From assembly GCA_963716985.1 (NCBI GenBank), contig OY970323.1, forward strand, positions 512,001 to 576,000: a DNA stretch of 64,000 nt. The letters are read 5' to 3'. A program made the position numbers and the translations under genes. This DNA is from an uncultured bacterium. GTDB lineage: Bacteria > Chlamydiota > Chlamydiia > Chlamydiales > SM23-39. The notes beneath the pieces are model-generated. The model saw nothing but the letters and a program-made list of their open reading frames with translations, made no database searches and was not told the origin of the DNA. Below are positions 10,293 through 19,332 of this stretch, piece by piece (position 1 is the first letter of the stretch; the number at the start of each line of letters is the position of its first letter).

Positions 10293-10363
10293 GAGCCGTG
10301 TACGGACCCGTACGCACGGTTCTGTGAGAGGACGGAGCCCAAAGAGGGCTCCTCCTACTCGGC
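10293..10363 (+). ncRNA. Group II intron domains V and VI (3' end)
   Basis: Short DV GAGCCGTG-TACG-GACC-CGTA-CG-CACGGTTC; DVI GAGAGGA..GAGCCC-aaaga-GGGCTC..TCCT-A-CTC with bulged branch A. Exact 3' end is approximate. Confidence 0.88.
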
Positions 10364-10401
10364 TGTTTAACCGTTCACCAAAGGTGCAGTATGCAACACA
10401 C

Positions 10402-11049
10402 TCCTTGTCGAGAGCTCGCCCTCGGCCATCCATACTGAAGCGAATGCCTTTGCTTAGAACTGCATTGACGAACTCTCGTGAGGAAAATTGAGCCCCCTGA
10501 TCGGTATTGAAAATCTCTGGCCGTCCGTGCTTCTCGTTGCCTCCTCGAACGCCTCTATGCAAAAAGTGCCTTCCAGGCTGTTCGAAAGCCGGTGTGCTAA
10601 AACAAGGCGACTGAACCAATCGATCACTGCCGTAAGATAGACAAACCCGTCGGGCAACCGAATGTATGTAATATCGGTACTCCAGACCTGCAGAGGTTCG
10701 GAGATATCGAGATCCCGAAGCAAGTAGGGAAACTTGGGTTGCTCCGGGTGGCTCTTGGAGGTGTTGGGGCCGGGCTGTTGGCCCACCAAGCCAATTTCTC
10801 GCATTATCCCTTGAATGCGTTTTCGGGTGACCATTTTCCCTTCCCGCCGCAGTATTGCAGTAATGCTTCGAGAACCTCGATGGGGCCTTTCTGTATAAAG
10901 CTCGTCCACGAGTCTCATGAGGTGCAGATCTTCCGGGCTGCGGGGAATTGGTTGGTAGTAATAGCTCGAACGTACCAATCCTATAAGATTGCATTGAGCT
11001 ACCACCGAAAGTTGTTTGTGTCTGTCTTCTATCCACTGCCTTTTTTCCT
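10402..11049 (-). pseudogene. IS3 OrfB integrase core, frameshift near 10540, truncated
   Basis: WSTDITYI..GFVYLTAVIDWFSR in one frame, PEIFNTDQGAQFSS in another. Confidence 0.85.
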
Positions 11050-11331
11050 CTATCGAGAGATCCCTAGTTTTTTTTTGAGATAATCCAACTCAACGGTCAA
11101 TTGACCTATCTTCCTCTCCAGGTCTTCTCGTTCAACCGGTTCTCGCTGCCGTTTTGATCCTTTGCGTTCAAAAATTGTCTCTGCACCATCGAAAAGCTCC
11201 CGTTTCCACCGACTAATTTGCATCGGATGTACGCCATGCTCGCTTGCAAGTTGTGCGAGAGTTTTATCTTCCCTCAATGCATCCAGAGCAACCCTTTTCT
11301 TGAATGCTGCTGTCCTCGGTGGTCTTGCCAT
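11050..11331 (-). CDS. IS3 OrfA (HTH)
   Basis: FKKRVALDALREDKTLAQLASEHGVHPMQISRWK and KIGQLTVELDYLKKK. Confidence 0.88.
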   Translation of the reverse strand: MARPPRTAAFKKRVALDALREDKTLAQLASEHGVHPMQISRWKRELFDGAETIFERKGSKRQREPVEREDLERKIGQLTVELDYLKKKLGISR

Positions 11332-11462
11332 TTTTTATCTCCTTGCTTAGTAGTTTACGTTGCAAGAAGTAAATAAATCTACCTGTCCAGTTTTTGGGAT
11401 CCACTATAGTATGTGAACAAGGTCCTCTTCACGCTAGAAATTAAAACGCTAGACGATCCATT

Positions 11463-12503
11463 TCAATCAGCTGGACTGACCCTTGAGATTTCATTCACAG
11501 TTTTTTTGGAAAGGTCATTATTATTTGAGTCCAATTTAGATTTTTCCGCTGTTATTAGGTAATAGTCTATAAGCCCTCTTCGATACCCCTTATACCAATT
11601 TCTAGTCCAGCTTTCCTTGAAATCTCCTTGAGCTGTCCATTGATCAAATCCATACCAAACATTTTTTCCTATGCTTTCAATTATTACGTTTTTGAACCCA
11701 TTCGCTTTTAAAATTTCTTCAAGCTTGTAAATAGACGTAGCTTTATCTATTCCGCGTTTAATTGTTTGGATCATAGCAGAGAGAGAGTCATGGGATTTAT
11801 CCGAGGTGCCAAAAAAACCAGCTATTGCCAATCTTCCCCCCGGCTTAAGAACTCGACTAGCTTCTTTAGCAAACTTCTCTAAACTCTCGAAATGCTGAGC
11901 AGCTTCTACCGAAAAAATTTTTTCAAAACTATTTGAAGCATAGGGGATATTTTCAGCAGATCCTTCTTGAAAAAAAATTTTATTCTGATTTTTCTGAATT
12001 GCTTCTGAATTTATTTTTTTAGCTCTTGAAATTTGAGCTTTAGAAATGTCTATTCCATGCATTTCTTTAGGATTGAATTCCTTCAGGACCAATACGCTTC
12101 CCACGCCCTGACCGCAAGCAATTTCGAGCAATTTTTCTCCTTCAATTACTTTTAATTTTTTAACAACTTTGCGATATAAATTTTTTTCACTTTCTATCCT
12201 TTGATCAACACTAATCATACCTTCTTTCACCGGCAGTTCCCAGAACCCAAAATTAATGAAATTACCAGCGAAAAGACTACAGGCGCTAAGATCATCATGA
12301 TCGTACATTTCCGCAACACTTCGCTCTTCTCTTCCCTTAAATTGTGTTGTAGTTATGGACGGGAAATAGAACAAGTAGGCTATCGTAGCTAACGACAGGG
12401 ATAAAGCCACTCCACAAAAAATTTTCAGATATTTTTTAACTAGCACTCTGCTACCAGAGACAACAACTTTATCTGCTATTTCAACATTACTCTCGCTAGG
12501 CAT
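11463..12503 (-). CDS. Class I SAM-dependent methyltransferase with an N-terminal membrane anchor
   Basis: FINFGFW, LLEIACGQG, GSAENIPY and SVEAAQHF..RVLKPGG motifs; TM segment near aa 27-47. Confidence 0.85.
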   Translation of the reverse strand: MPSESNVEIADKVVVSGSRVLVKKYLKIFCGVALSLSLATIAYLFYFPSITTTQFKGREERSVAEMYDHDDLSACSLFAGNFINFGFWELPVKEGMISVDQRIESEKNLYRKVVKKLKVIEGEKLLEIACGQGVGSVLVLKEFNPKEMHGIDISKAQISRAKKINSEAIQKNQNKIFFQEGSAENIPYASNSFEKIFSVEAAQHFESLEKFAKEASRVLKPGGRLAIAGFFGTSDKSHDSLSAMIQTIKRGIDKATSIYKLEEILKANGFKNVIIESIGKNVWYGFDQWTAQGDFKESWTRNWYKGYRRGLIDYYLITAEKSKLDSNNNDLSKKTVNEISRVSPAD

Positions 12504-13623
12504 ATTTTTCTCCCCTTTTTTGGATTATAGTTGCGAGCAAAAATAGAATTATGGACATTAAAAGAATTAATTTCTCTCCTGGATTAAAAAAAACTATAAT
12601 AAAAACACCAATTATTGACGATAATGATATAATAAGATCAATAATGCCGCAAGTCATTCCTCTATAGTTTGCAGAAGTTGCAGATAAAACAACATCAAAA
12701 ACAAAAGGCAGATAAAATCCCCCTAAATTAGAGAACAGCATCAGCTGATATGGCAAATCAATATTTAAATCCGGAACTAAGTAGTCAGTAATAAGAGGGA
12801 CAACAGATAAAAGGACTCCAATCCCAAAGCAGAACGTAAGTAATGACAAGTGGGGTATTTTTCTATAAAATATCCCCACCAGGACTCCTATTAAAGATCC
12901 GATTCCCAGAGCAGAAAATAAACCTTCATTAAAAGCAAGATTTTCAAAGAACGTATCAGATATAAAGAAAACAAGCTGTCCAGGAAAAAGCGCGCTTAGG
13001 GTATAAAAAGCTCTTTTACTGCTTTTTTCATGGGCAAAATTTTTCGCAATCTCAATGTGATGTTCTTGCCTTATATCTTTTCTGTCTTTAAAAAATAAAA
13101 AACTAATCGCTGTATTAACAACTAATGTAATCAATGCGGCTATCAATATGTCCGATGCGATGAAATCATTTATTGTCAAATAGAAACACCATGGAATAAA
13201 TTGGGCTATAAAAGTAATCGCCATCAATTTAGCTTTCGATTTTCTAGGAAAGTTATCTACCAAAGCTGCTCTAACAACCGGAGATGGGTTGAAAAAGAAT
13301 CCAATAAGAAATAATGGGAATATACTAAAGTTTTGCCACAGTAAAAGAGGCAAAATCACTACACCAAATATCTGTGTAATAACCAATATCTTTTTCCTGG
13401 AATACTTATCTGAAAGATATCCTAGTACGAAGCCACCAATTGCTTGAGCTGAACGCCATGCAAAAAATTTAATTTTAGATTCGTTAATAGGAGCGTGTAA
13501 ATAGACCTCAATTGCGATTACTTCAAATAAAAAAATAACAACAAGCATTGGGATTAGAGCAATAATAAATTCATAAATCCCTTCGCTTTTTATTTGAGCT
13601 TTTTTATCAACCATATTCTCCAC
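12496..13623 (-). CDS. MFS transporter
   Basis: Motif A GYLSDKYSRKK; about 12 hydrophobic segments. Confidence 0.8.
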   Translation of the reverse strand: MENMVDKKAQIKSEGIYEFIIALIPMLVVIFLFEVIAIEVYLHAPINESKIKFFAWRSAQAIGGFVLGYLSDKYSRKKILVITQIFGVVILPLLLWQNFSIFPLFLIGFFFNPSPVVRAALVDNFPRKSKAKLMAITFIAQFIPWCFYLTINDFIASDILIAALITLVVNTAISFLFFKDRKDIRQEHHIEIAKNFAHEKSSKRAFYTLSALFPGQLVFFISDTFFENLAFNEGLFSALGIGSLIGVLVGIFYRKIPHLSLLTFCFGIGVLLSVVPLITDYLVPDLNIDLPYQLMLFSNLGGFYLPFVFDVVLSATSANYRGMTCGIIDLIISLSSIIGVFIIVFFNPGEKLILLMSIILFLLATIIQKRGEKYA

Positions 13624-13669
13624 GCAAGTCGATTTAACCTTTCTTCAGCAAGATGCATTTCACTCTCGT

Positions 13670-14308
13670 TTACTCATAGCTCTTTTTCATATTTGTCTGA
13701 ATGCATCTAGCTATGGACGCTTTGGAAATGACCATAGTAGCTGAGAAAAGATTTTTAATGCCAATAATCATCAGCATTTGCACGGGAGCGGAAAAATGAT
13801 CCAGTCCAAGCATATGCACATAAATGGGCGATGCAATGCCTGTAACTTGAAGGGAGATCACTAAAGACAAAACCGTGATGATCATCGAAAATATCCGATA
13901 GCTTTTGGGATCTCTTTTATCCACAATAATTCCCTGGATTGGAGCTACAAGCGACTGACAGCCAAGAAAAACAAAAAAGATCCATGCAGGAGAAGCAACT
14001 TTCAATGCCATGTAAATTAAAGCAGCATCAACTGCCAGATCTACCAGCATATCAAACATCGCTCGAATCGAAACAGGCGTGGTTCTTTCTTCATCTCCCA
14101 CTTCAAGAGGAAACATTTGAGTCCAAAATAACCACTCTGAAAAAAACCTAGTCGTAATGAAAAATCCAATAAATAACAGAAGAGAAAAATTCGCATCCAT
14201 CTTCAAGACAATGGCGAGAGCAATTGCAGGAAGTAAAAAGGTGCTTGCTGTTGCAAGCCCACTGACGAATCCAAAATTACTTCTCATTTTCTGCGTCTCA
14301 GAACTCAT
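13670..14308 (-). CDS. Integral membrane protein, possible half-MFS
   Basis: Several TM segments; APIQGIIVDKRDPK resembles MFS motif A. Confidence 0.55.
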   Translation of the reverse strand: MSSETQKMRSNFGFVSGLATASTFLLPAIALAIVLKMDANFSLLLFIGFFITTRFFSEWLFWTQMFPLEVGDEERTTPVSIRAMFDMLVDLAVDAALIYMALKVASPAWIFFVFLGCQSLVAPIQGIIVDKRDPKSYRIFSMIITVLSLVISLQVTGIASPIYVHMLGLDHFSAPVQMLMIIGIKNLFSATMVISKASIARCIQTNMKKSYE

Positions 14309-14922
14309 AGGGTCTCTTTTAGAAAAGCTTTTCTCGCTGTTTTTATCAATGTTCGAACGCAGAAGCCAAAGACGACTATAGAAAAAACAGCTACGGCAAT
14401 GGCAAGGCTATAGCCTACTTTTAAAGCTAATAGAGCAGCAGCGATTGTCGTTGCAACCCAAACCAAACTCATAGGAAATAGCCGGGCCAATAAAAAGATT
14501 CGATAATGGGTCAATTTGCTTTTCTCAAAAACTCCAAAAAGGGCTGGGTAATCATGTTCTTTTTCCATGAGCAATCCCTTATCCACGCATAAAGCAACTT
14601 CTGTAATGTCTTTGAAATCCCTTCTGAGACTTAGCATCAACAGAAGAAAGCATCCTATACCAGGGATAAAAACTCCAAACGAAATGGTTGGGACCATCCC
14701 ATAATTGTGTAAAAAGTAAGATGCAAAAGTAGTCAGCGTGAATAATCCCATGATCTTCCAGTAGAAAAACTCACGGTCTGAATGCTGTCTCAGAAAATGC
14801 CAATAAAGATCTATCAAATGTTTATATGCGAAATATGCGTCTTCTGGGGAAAGATCCTCTTCTTTTTTGGAAAAATTGACTAGCATGAAACCCCATTTTT
14901 TTAAATTTATTCTTATTGGCAC
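14305..14922 (-). CDS. Hypothetical 4-TM membrane protein (start may be 14887)
   Basis: Long ORF with four hydrophobic segments; 4-nt overlap with the next gene. Confidence 0.6.
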   Translation of the reverse strand: MPIRINLKKWGFMLVNFSKKEEDLSPEDAYFAYKHLIDLYWHFLRQHSDREFFYWKIMGLFTLTTFASYFLHNYGMVPTISFGVFIPGIGCFLLLMLSLRRDFKDITEVALCVDKGLLMEKEHDYPALFGVFEKSKLTHYRIFLLARLFPMSLVWVATTIAAALLALKVGYSLAIAVAVFSIVVFGFCVRTLIKTARKAFLKETL

Positions 14923-15045
14923 AATATCAAAGCCTCTGAGTGGAAATCTAGTACAAAATTCTGATCAGAGCCATTCCCGATCAGCAATTCCCGCCCGTAT
15001 TGAAAAAGAACAAGGCCGCCACTTCTCTGTTTTTCATCAGGTATT

Positions 15046-15366
15046 TTTGAAGCCATTTTAGGGGCAATTTTTCTCGATTCTTCCTTTGAATCGGTAAAGA
15101 AATTTCTTTTCTCCCACTTTGAAGCGGATTTTCTTTTCGCTCTTCAGACGCCTGCCCATAACTATAAGGCAGATCTTCAGGACTTTTTACAAAAAATGGT
15201 CCAGAAAAAGCCCTCCTATCAGGTAGTAGAAGAGACGGGCCTCTCGCATGCGAAAATCTTCTCTGTGAAGGTGTGCTTAGACTCTCGAGAGCTTGGGTTT
15301 GGCAGCGGCTCTTTCAAAAAAGAGGCCGAGCAGTTAGCGGCAAAGGAGGCTCTTGCGAGGCTCTAA
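15046..15366 (+). pseudogene. rnc: Ribonuclease III 3' fragment (end of catalytic domain plus dsRBD); not in the ORF track
   Basis: Manual translation: FEAILGAIFLDSSFESVKKF...NYKADLQDFLQK..KKPSYQVVEETGLSHAKIFSVKV..LGFGSGSFKKEAEQLAAKEALARL*. In-frame TGA at 15001 and no ERLEFLGD motif upstream. Confidence 0.88.
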
Positions 15367-15460
15367 TCCGTCGATGCTGTTTGATCTTAGCCTTTCAGCA
15401 TTCGATCCACCCCGGCTTTTGGTATTGTTCTCTGCCTTTCCAGGTTTTTGAAAGCAAATG

Positions 15461-17125
15461 CTATTTGGGCCAATGAAAAATCGAGCGCAAATGATCGAGC
15501 AGCCTTTTTTCCCAATCATTATTTTGCACAAACGAGGTGCGTGGATTTTTTAGGCAATACTCCACCTGTTGGCAGAGGGGGATGGAGAGATCTGCCTTGT
15601 GTCCCGCGCCCATTTGTTCAAGGACCGATCCGTTGGCCTCTTCCCAAAGATAGGAATGGAGGATCAAAAGATAGGTGGACGAGCGAAGAACTTCCGAGAC
15701 CATGGCGCCGCCGGCCTTTGAAATTGTTACGGGACAGATATTTAGTAGCTCATTCCACTGCTGAGAAGAAAGCAATCCATAGAAGGCAAATCGTTTGGAA
15801 GAGCCCGCTTTTCGGCTGAGCTTTTCTTTTAATTGAGCGTTGGTTCCTAAGGCAAAAAGATATTTCATATCCTCTTTTTCGCTCTTTGCTAGCTGATCGA
15901 AAATTTCTTCTAGGATGCCGGCGCCGTTTCTTCCCATAGAAACAAGGATAGGAGTTTGGGTAGGCAGGATGTTCCATTTTTTTCTAAGATCTTCCCTCTT
16001 TTCAAAAGAGTCGATACGATTGATTTCTTTGCGAAGGGGATAGCCTAAAAGCTCAAATTGTTTTTCGATGATCTCTTGAGGCTCTTCTGTGATTTGAGCA
16101 ATTTTTCCCATGAGTGTTTTTGGTTCATCTTGCTCGTCATAGAGATCCATCCGATTGTTTTTGAGAAACAAGGGGCGGAAGATGCGAGGCTTTAAGCTTG
16201 GGAGCCAGAATCTGAGCATCTCGGGGTCGATCTTCCCATAAAGGCCCATTAAGTAAGAGGAGAGCTCGTAGTCGCTATGGAACATCCGAAAGGGGATGCC
16301 GAGCGTGCAAAGAGGAATGTCGTCCATTGTGTAGCTTCGAGTTGAAATGATGAGATCGGGTTGGAGCCGGCGCATCAGTTCCTTTAGCTGTAATCCCAGG
16401 CAGGAGGGAATGTATTTTCCGATTTGTTTACTGAGAGTGTCTCGCTTTTTTAAGGGAGCCTTGCCCTGATTTGCCTGTTGGAAAAGATCGGCGTAAACGC
16501 CATCGAATGTCATAGCTCCGGTTGCGCGCATGAGCAGATCCCATTTTCTTGCTATCTTTTCGACATCGATGAGGATCGGGCGCATATGTTTCGTCGAAGA
16601 TAAAAAACTCTCGAAAGCCTGTGCCACCGCATAATTTCCGCCGCTTGCCGAGGTGGTGAGTAGCGCAATCGTATAAAAAGGGGGATCTTTTTTTAAAGAG
16701 AGCGGCGCACGCGCGGGGATGTTTGCTATCTTACAGAATTGCTCGAGTAATTCTTGATGCTGTCCAAACCACTCAAGAAGATCTCTATTCTCTTCCTTTA
16801 CAGCTTTGATGAGAGAATTTTTCGGAGAAAATTGAAGAGAGCCGAATAAAACGCATACCTTGAGAAGCGCTTTGGAAAAGCTCTCCTTCATCTCTTCCGG
16901 TAAATGGGGAAGAATGTGGCAAGAGTAAGCTTTTTGGATAATGTCGGCTTGTTCGGGATCTTTTAAAACAAAAGCGAGATCTTCATGGAGAGGGGTGGCA
17001 TAGGGGATTTTCGGATGTTTTTTTCCCTGGTAGTCAATCAGAACGTCGTGATCGATCTGATAAAGATTTTCTAGAAAAGAGGAGGTGTCGGGCCCATTGG
17101 GGGTCGATTGGCGAGAAAATAACAC
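15461..17125 (-). CDS. MGDG-synthase/UgtP-like GT-B glycosyltransferase with an N-terminal extension
   Basis: TTSASGGNYAVAQA, PDLIIST, LGYPLR, ILVSMGRNG, ISKAGG..VSE and WEEANG motifs. Confidence 0.75.
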   Translation of the reverse strand: MLFSRQSTPNGPDTSSFLENLYQIDHDVLIDYQGKKHPKIPYATPLHEDLAFVLKDPEQADIIQKAYSCHILPHLPEEMKESFSKALLKVCVLFGSLQFSPKNSLIKAVKEENRDLLEWFGQHQELLEQFCKIANIPARAPLSLKKDPPFYTIALLTTSASGGNYAVAQAFESFLSSTKHMRPILIDVEKIARKWDLLMRATGAMTFDGVYADLFQQANQGKAPLKKRDTLSKQIGKYIPSCLGLQLKELMRRLQPDLIISTRSYTMDDIPLCTLGIPFRMFHSDYELSSYLMGLYGKIDPEMLRFWLPSLKPRIFRPLFLKNNRMDLYDEQDEPKTLMGKIAQITEEPQEIIEKQFELLGYPLRKEINRIDSFEKREDLRKKWNILPTQTPILVSMGRNGAGILEEIFDQLAKSEKEDMKYLFALGTNAQLKEKLSRKAGSSKRFAFYGLLSSQQWNELLNICPVTISKAGGAMVSEVLRSSTYLLILHSYLWEEANGSVLEQMGAGHKADLSIPLCQQVEYCLKNPRTSFVQNNDWEKRLLDHLRSIFHWPK

Positions 17126-17221
17126 AGCATAATCCTAAATAATTAATGTGAAATTATTTTTATAAAACCATCTGATAATTTTAATGTCCGTATAAAAATT
17201 TAGCAAGAAAAACGCTCATTT

Positions 17222-17414
17222 TGCAACAATTCCCGCTGAAAAATTTTCTCCTCGATGATTGATCAATTTTACGAAAATTTTTTCGTAAACCCCCACTTTT
17301 TTGGCATAAAATTTTCAGTAGCTTCGAGGAGAAAAATGCAGTTTTTGCTCAATTTTTTAGCAAAAACAATTAAGCCTTTTAAAATAAACAACTTGTTCAG
17401 CGGGAATTGGTGCA
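17222..17414. mobile_element. Candidate MITE of about 190 bp
   Basis: IR TGCAACAATTCCCGCTGAA / TTCAGCGGGAATTGGTGCA (18/19) around non-coding sequence; the outer TGCA may be a 4-bp TSD. Confidence 0.6.
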
Positions 17415-17484
17415 CGTAAAATCGAACTGTTGCTTTTAAAGAAAGTGAAGAATACCCTTAAAAAACAGTTTTTTAAGAAAAAAT

Positions 17485-19170
17485 ATGGTTAGCCATTTGC
17501 AAAATCCCTTTATTGTTCAGGGGGACATGACGGTCTTGGCAGAGGTGCATTCTCCTTTGTATGAAAATGCCAGGGATCAATTGGCTCGTTTTGCTGAGCT
17601 GGTCAAGTCACCGGAGCACATGCATACCTATCGCATGACTCCACTTTCCATTTGGAATGCCGCCGCCGCCGGTTATTCATGTCAGGAAATGATGGATACA
17701 TTACAGACTTTTTCTAAATATGAGGTTCCCCGACATGTTTTTCAAGAAATGCAGGAATTGGCCTCCCGCTTTGGCAAATTGAAGATTTATAAGGCCGAAA
17801 AAGAGGGATCCCTTCTCTTAGAAGCACAAAACGAATTTTTGGCAGAAGAATTGGTCCATCATAAAGAGGTAGGTCCTTATTTATCGAATCGAATCGATCA
17901 AACAAGCTTTTGTATTCCGATAGCCCTTAGAGGAAAACTCAAAATTGAATTGATCCGTATGGGATGGCCTGCTGAAGATTTGGCAGGATATATAGACGGG
18001 GAAAAACTCTCTCTCTCCCTTAGAAAAATTTCCCTTTCGGGAAGACCATTTGATCTTCGGGATTATCAAAAGAAAGCAGCCCAAGTTTTTTATGATCAGG
18101 GAAGTGTTAAGGGAGGGGCCGGAGTGATCGTTCTCCCCTGCGGTGCCGGTAAAACGATTGTTGGCATTTCAGTCTTATCCCAAGTTGGATCATCGGTTCT
18201 TATTTTAACGACAAGCGTAAGCGCTGTCAGACAATGGAAGTCGGAGATTTTAGATAAAACCTCTATCGATGAGAGTCTTGTGGGAGAGTATTCGGGACAT
18301 GTTAAAGAATTAAAACCCATTACGATTTCGACCTATCAGATATTAACCCATCGAAAAAGTGAAGCCGACCCCTTTCTTCATTTTCGCCTTTTCTCCGAAA
18401 GAGAATGGGGGCTCATTATTTACGATGAGGTCCATGTCCTTCCTGCTCCTGTCTTTCAAATCACAGCCGAAATCCAATCAAAAAGAAGATTGGGATTGAC
18501 GGCAACTTTAGTGAGGGAGGACGGAAAAGAGACCGAAGTTTTTGCTTTAATTGGACCTAAAAAGTTTGACATTCCCTGGAAAGTGCTGGAAAAGGAGAAT
18601 TGGATCGCAAAAGCACTCTGTTTGGAGGTTAGAATCCCTCTTCCCGAGTCGATCAAAATGAAATATGCACTTGCAGATCGTCGAGATAAATTTCGCATTG
18701 CGTCTGAAAATCCCGACAAATTTCGCATGGTTAAAAAAATTTTAAAAAAACATCAGGGCTTGCCTACCCTCATTATCGGACAGTATATTGAACAATTAGA
18801 AAAATTGGCGAAAGAATTAGACCTTCCTCTCATTGATGGTAAAACCCCACAAAAAAAACGGGATCTTCTTTTTCAAAAATTTAAAGAGGGAAAAATAACA
18901 AAATTAGTTGCGTCAAAAATTGCCAATTTTGCTTTGGATCTACCCGATGCACAACTAGCGATTCAAATCTCAGGAACATATGGCTCAAGGCAAGAAGAGG
19001 CCCAAAGATTAGGGAGAATTTTGCGGCCGAAAAGCGGGCAAAATCGGGCCTATTTTTATACTTTGGTTTCTCAAGACACAAACGAAATGGATTTTTCTCG
19101 CAATAGACAGCTTTTTTTAACGGAACAAGGATATGCTTATGAAATTTGCTATTCTAAAGATTTTTCATAA
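17485..19170 (+). CDS. XPB/Ssl2 (Rad25)-family SF2 DNA helicase
   Basis: N-terminal FAELVKSPEHMHTYRMTPLSIWNAAAAG domain; VLPCGAGKT, DEVH, LGLTATLVREDG and GSRQEEAQRLGRILRPK motifs. Confidence 0.95.
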   Translation: MVSHLQNPFIVQGDMTVLAEVHSPLYENARDQLARFAELVKSPEHMHTYRMTPLSIWNAAAAGYSCQEMMDTLQTFSKYEVPRHVFQEMQELASRFGKLKIYKAEKEGSLLLEAQNEFLAEELVHHKEVGPYLSNRIDQTSFCIPIALRGKLKIELIRMGWPAEDLAGYIDGEKLSLSLRKISLSGRPFDLRDYQKKAAQVFYDQGSVKGGAGVIVLPCGAGKTIVGISVLSQVGSSVLILTTSVSAVRQWKSEILDKTSIDESLVGEYSGHVKELKPITISTYQILTHRKSEADPFLHFRLFSEREWGLIIYDEVHVLPAPVFQITAEIQSKRRLGLTATLVREDGKETEVFALIGPKKFDIPWKVLEKENWIAKALCLEVRIPLPESIKMKYALADRRDKFRIASENPDKFRMVKKILKKHQGLPTLIIGQYIEQLEKLAKELDLPLIDGKTPQKKRDLLFQKFKEGKITKLVASKIANFALDLPDAQLAIQISGTYGSRQEEAQRLGRILRPKSGQNRAYFYTLVSQDTNEMDFSRNRQLFLTEQGYAYEICYSKDFS

Positions 19171-19182
19171 AGGAGTGAGCTC

Positions 19183-19332
19183 GTCAACAAATAACCTCTC
19201 CCCAGGAACGAATATATGCACCTTGGAATGCCGCCTCAATTCCGGGCTCTTATGGTTACATTTATTTAAACAAAAAACAATAGGAGCAGCGCTTTCCTCC
19301 CACCCCTAAAGAAGAGAGTTTCGCGCTGTCAA
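19183..19332 (+). mobile_element. Internally deleted IscB/HEARO (IS200/IS605 superfamily) remnant
   Basis: Starts GTCAAC; contains CACCTTGGAATGCCGCCTCAATTCCGGGCTCT..TTAAACA; ends with hairpin GCAGCGCTTTCCTCCCACCCCTAAAGAAGAGAGTTTCGCGCTGT followed by ATGA. Confidence 0.62.

Larger units (their letters stand above)
10402..11408 (-). mobile_element. IS3-family element, 3'-truncated and frameshifted
   Basis: Left end TATAGTGGATCCCAAAAACTGGACAG; orfA and orfB with an A9 slippery run near 11070; integrase homology stops after DGRGRALD. Confidence 0.85.

Noticed and set aside
10206..11036. 276-aa minus-strand ORF
   Set aside because: Off-frame IS3 sequence plus antisense intron sequence; only a short stretch is true OrfB.
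15273..15819. Short ORFs near 15.3-15.8 kb
   Set aside because: Alternative frames of the rnc fragment or antisense to the glycosyltransferase.
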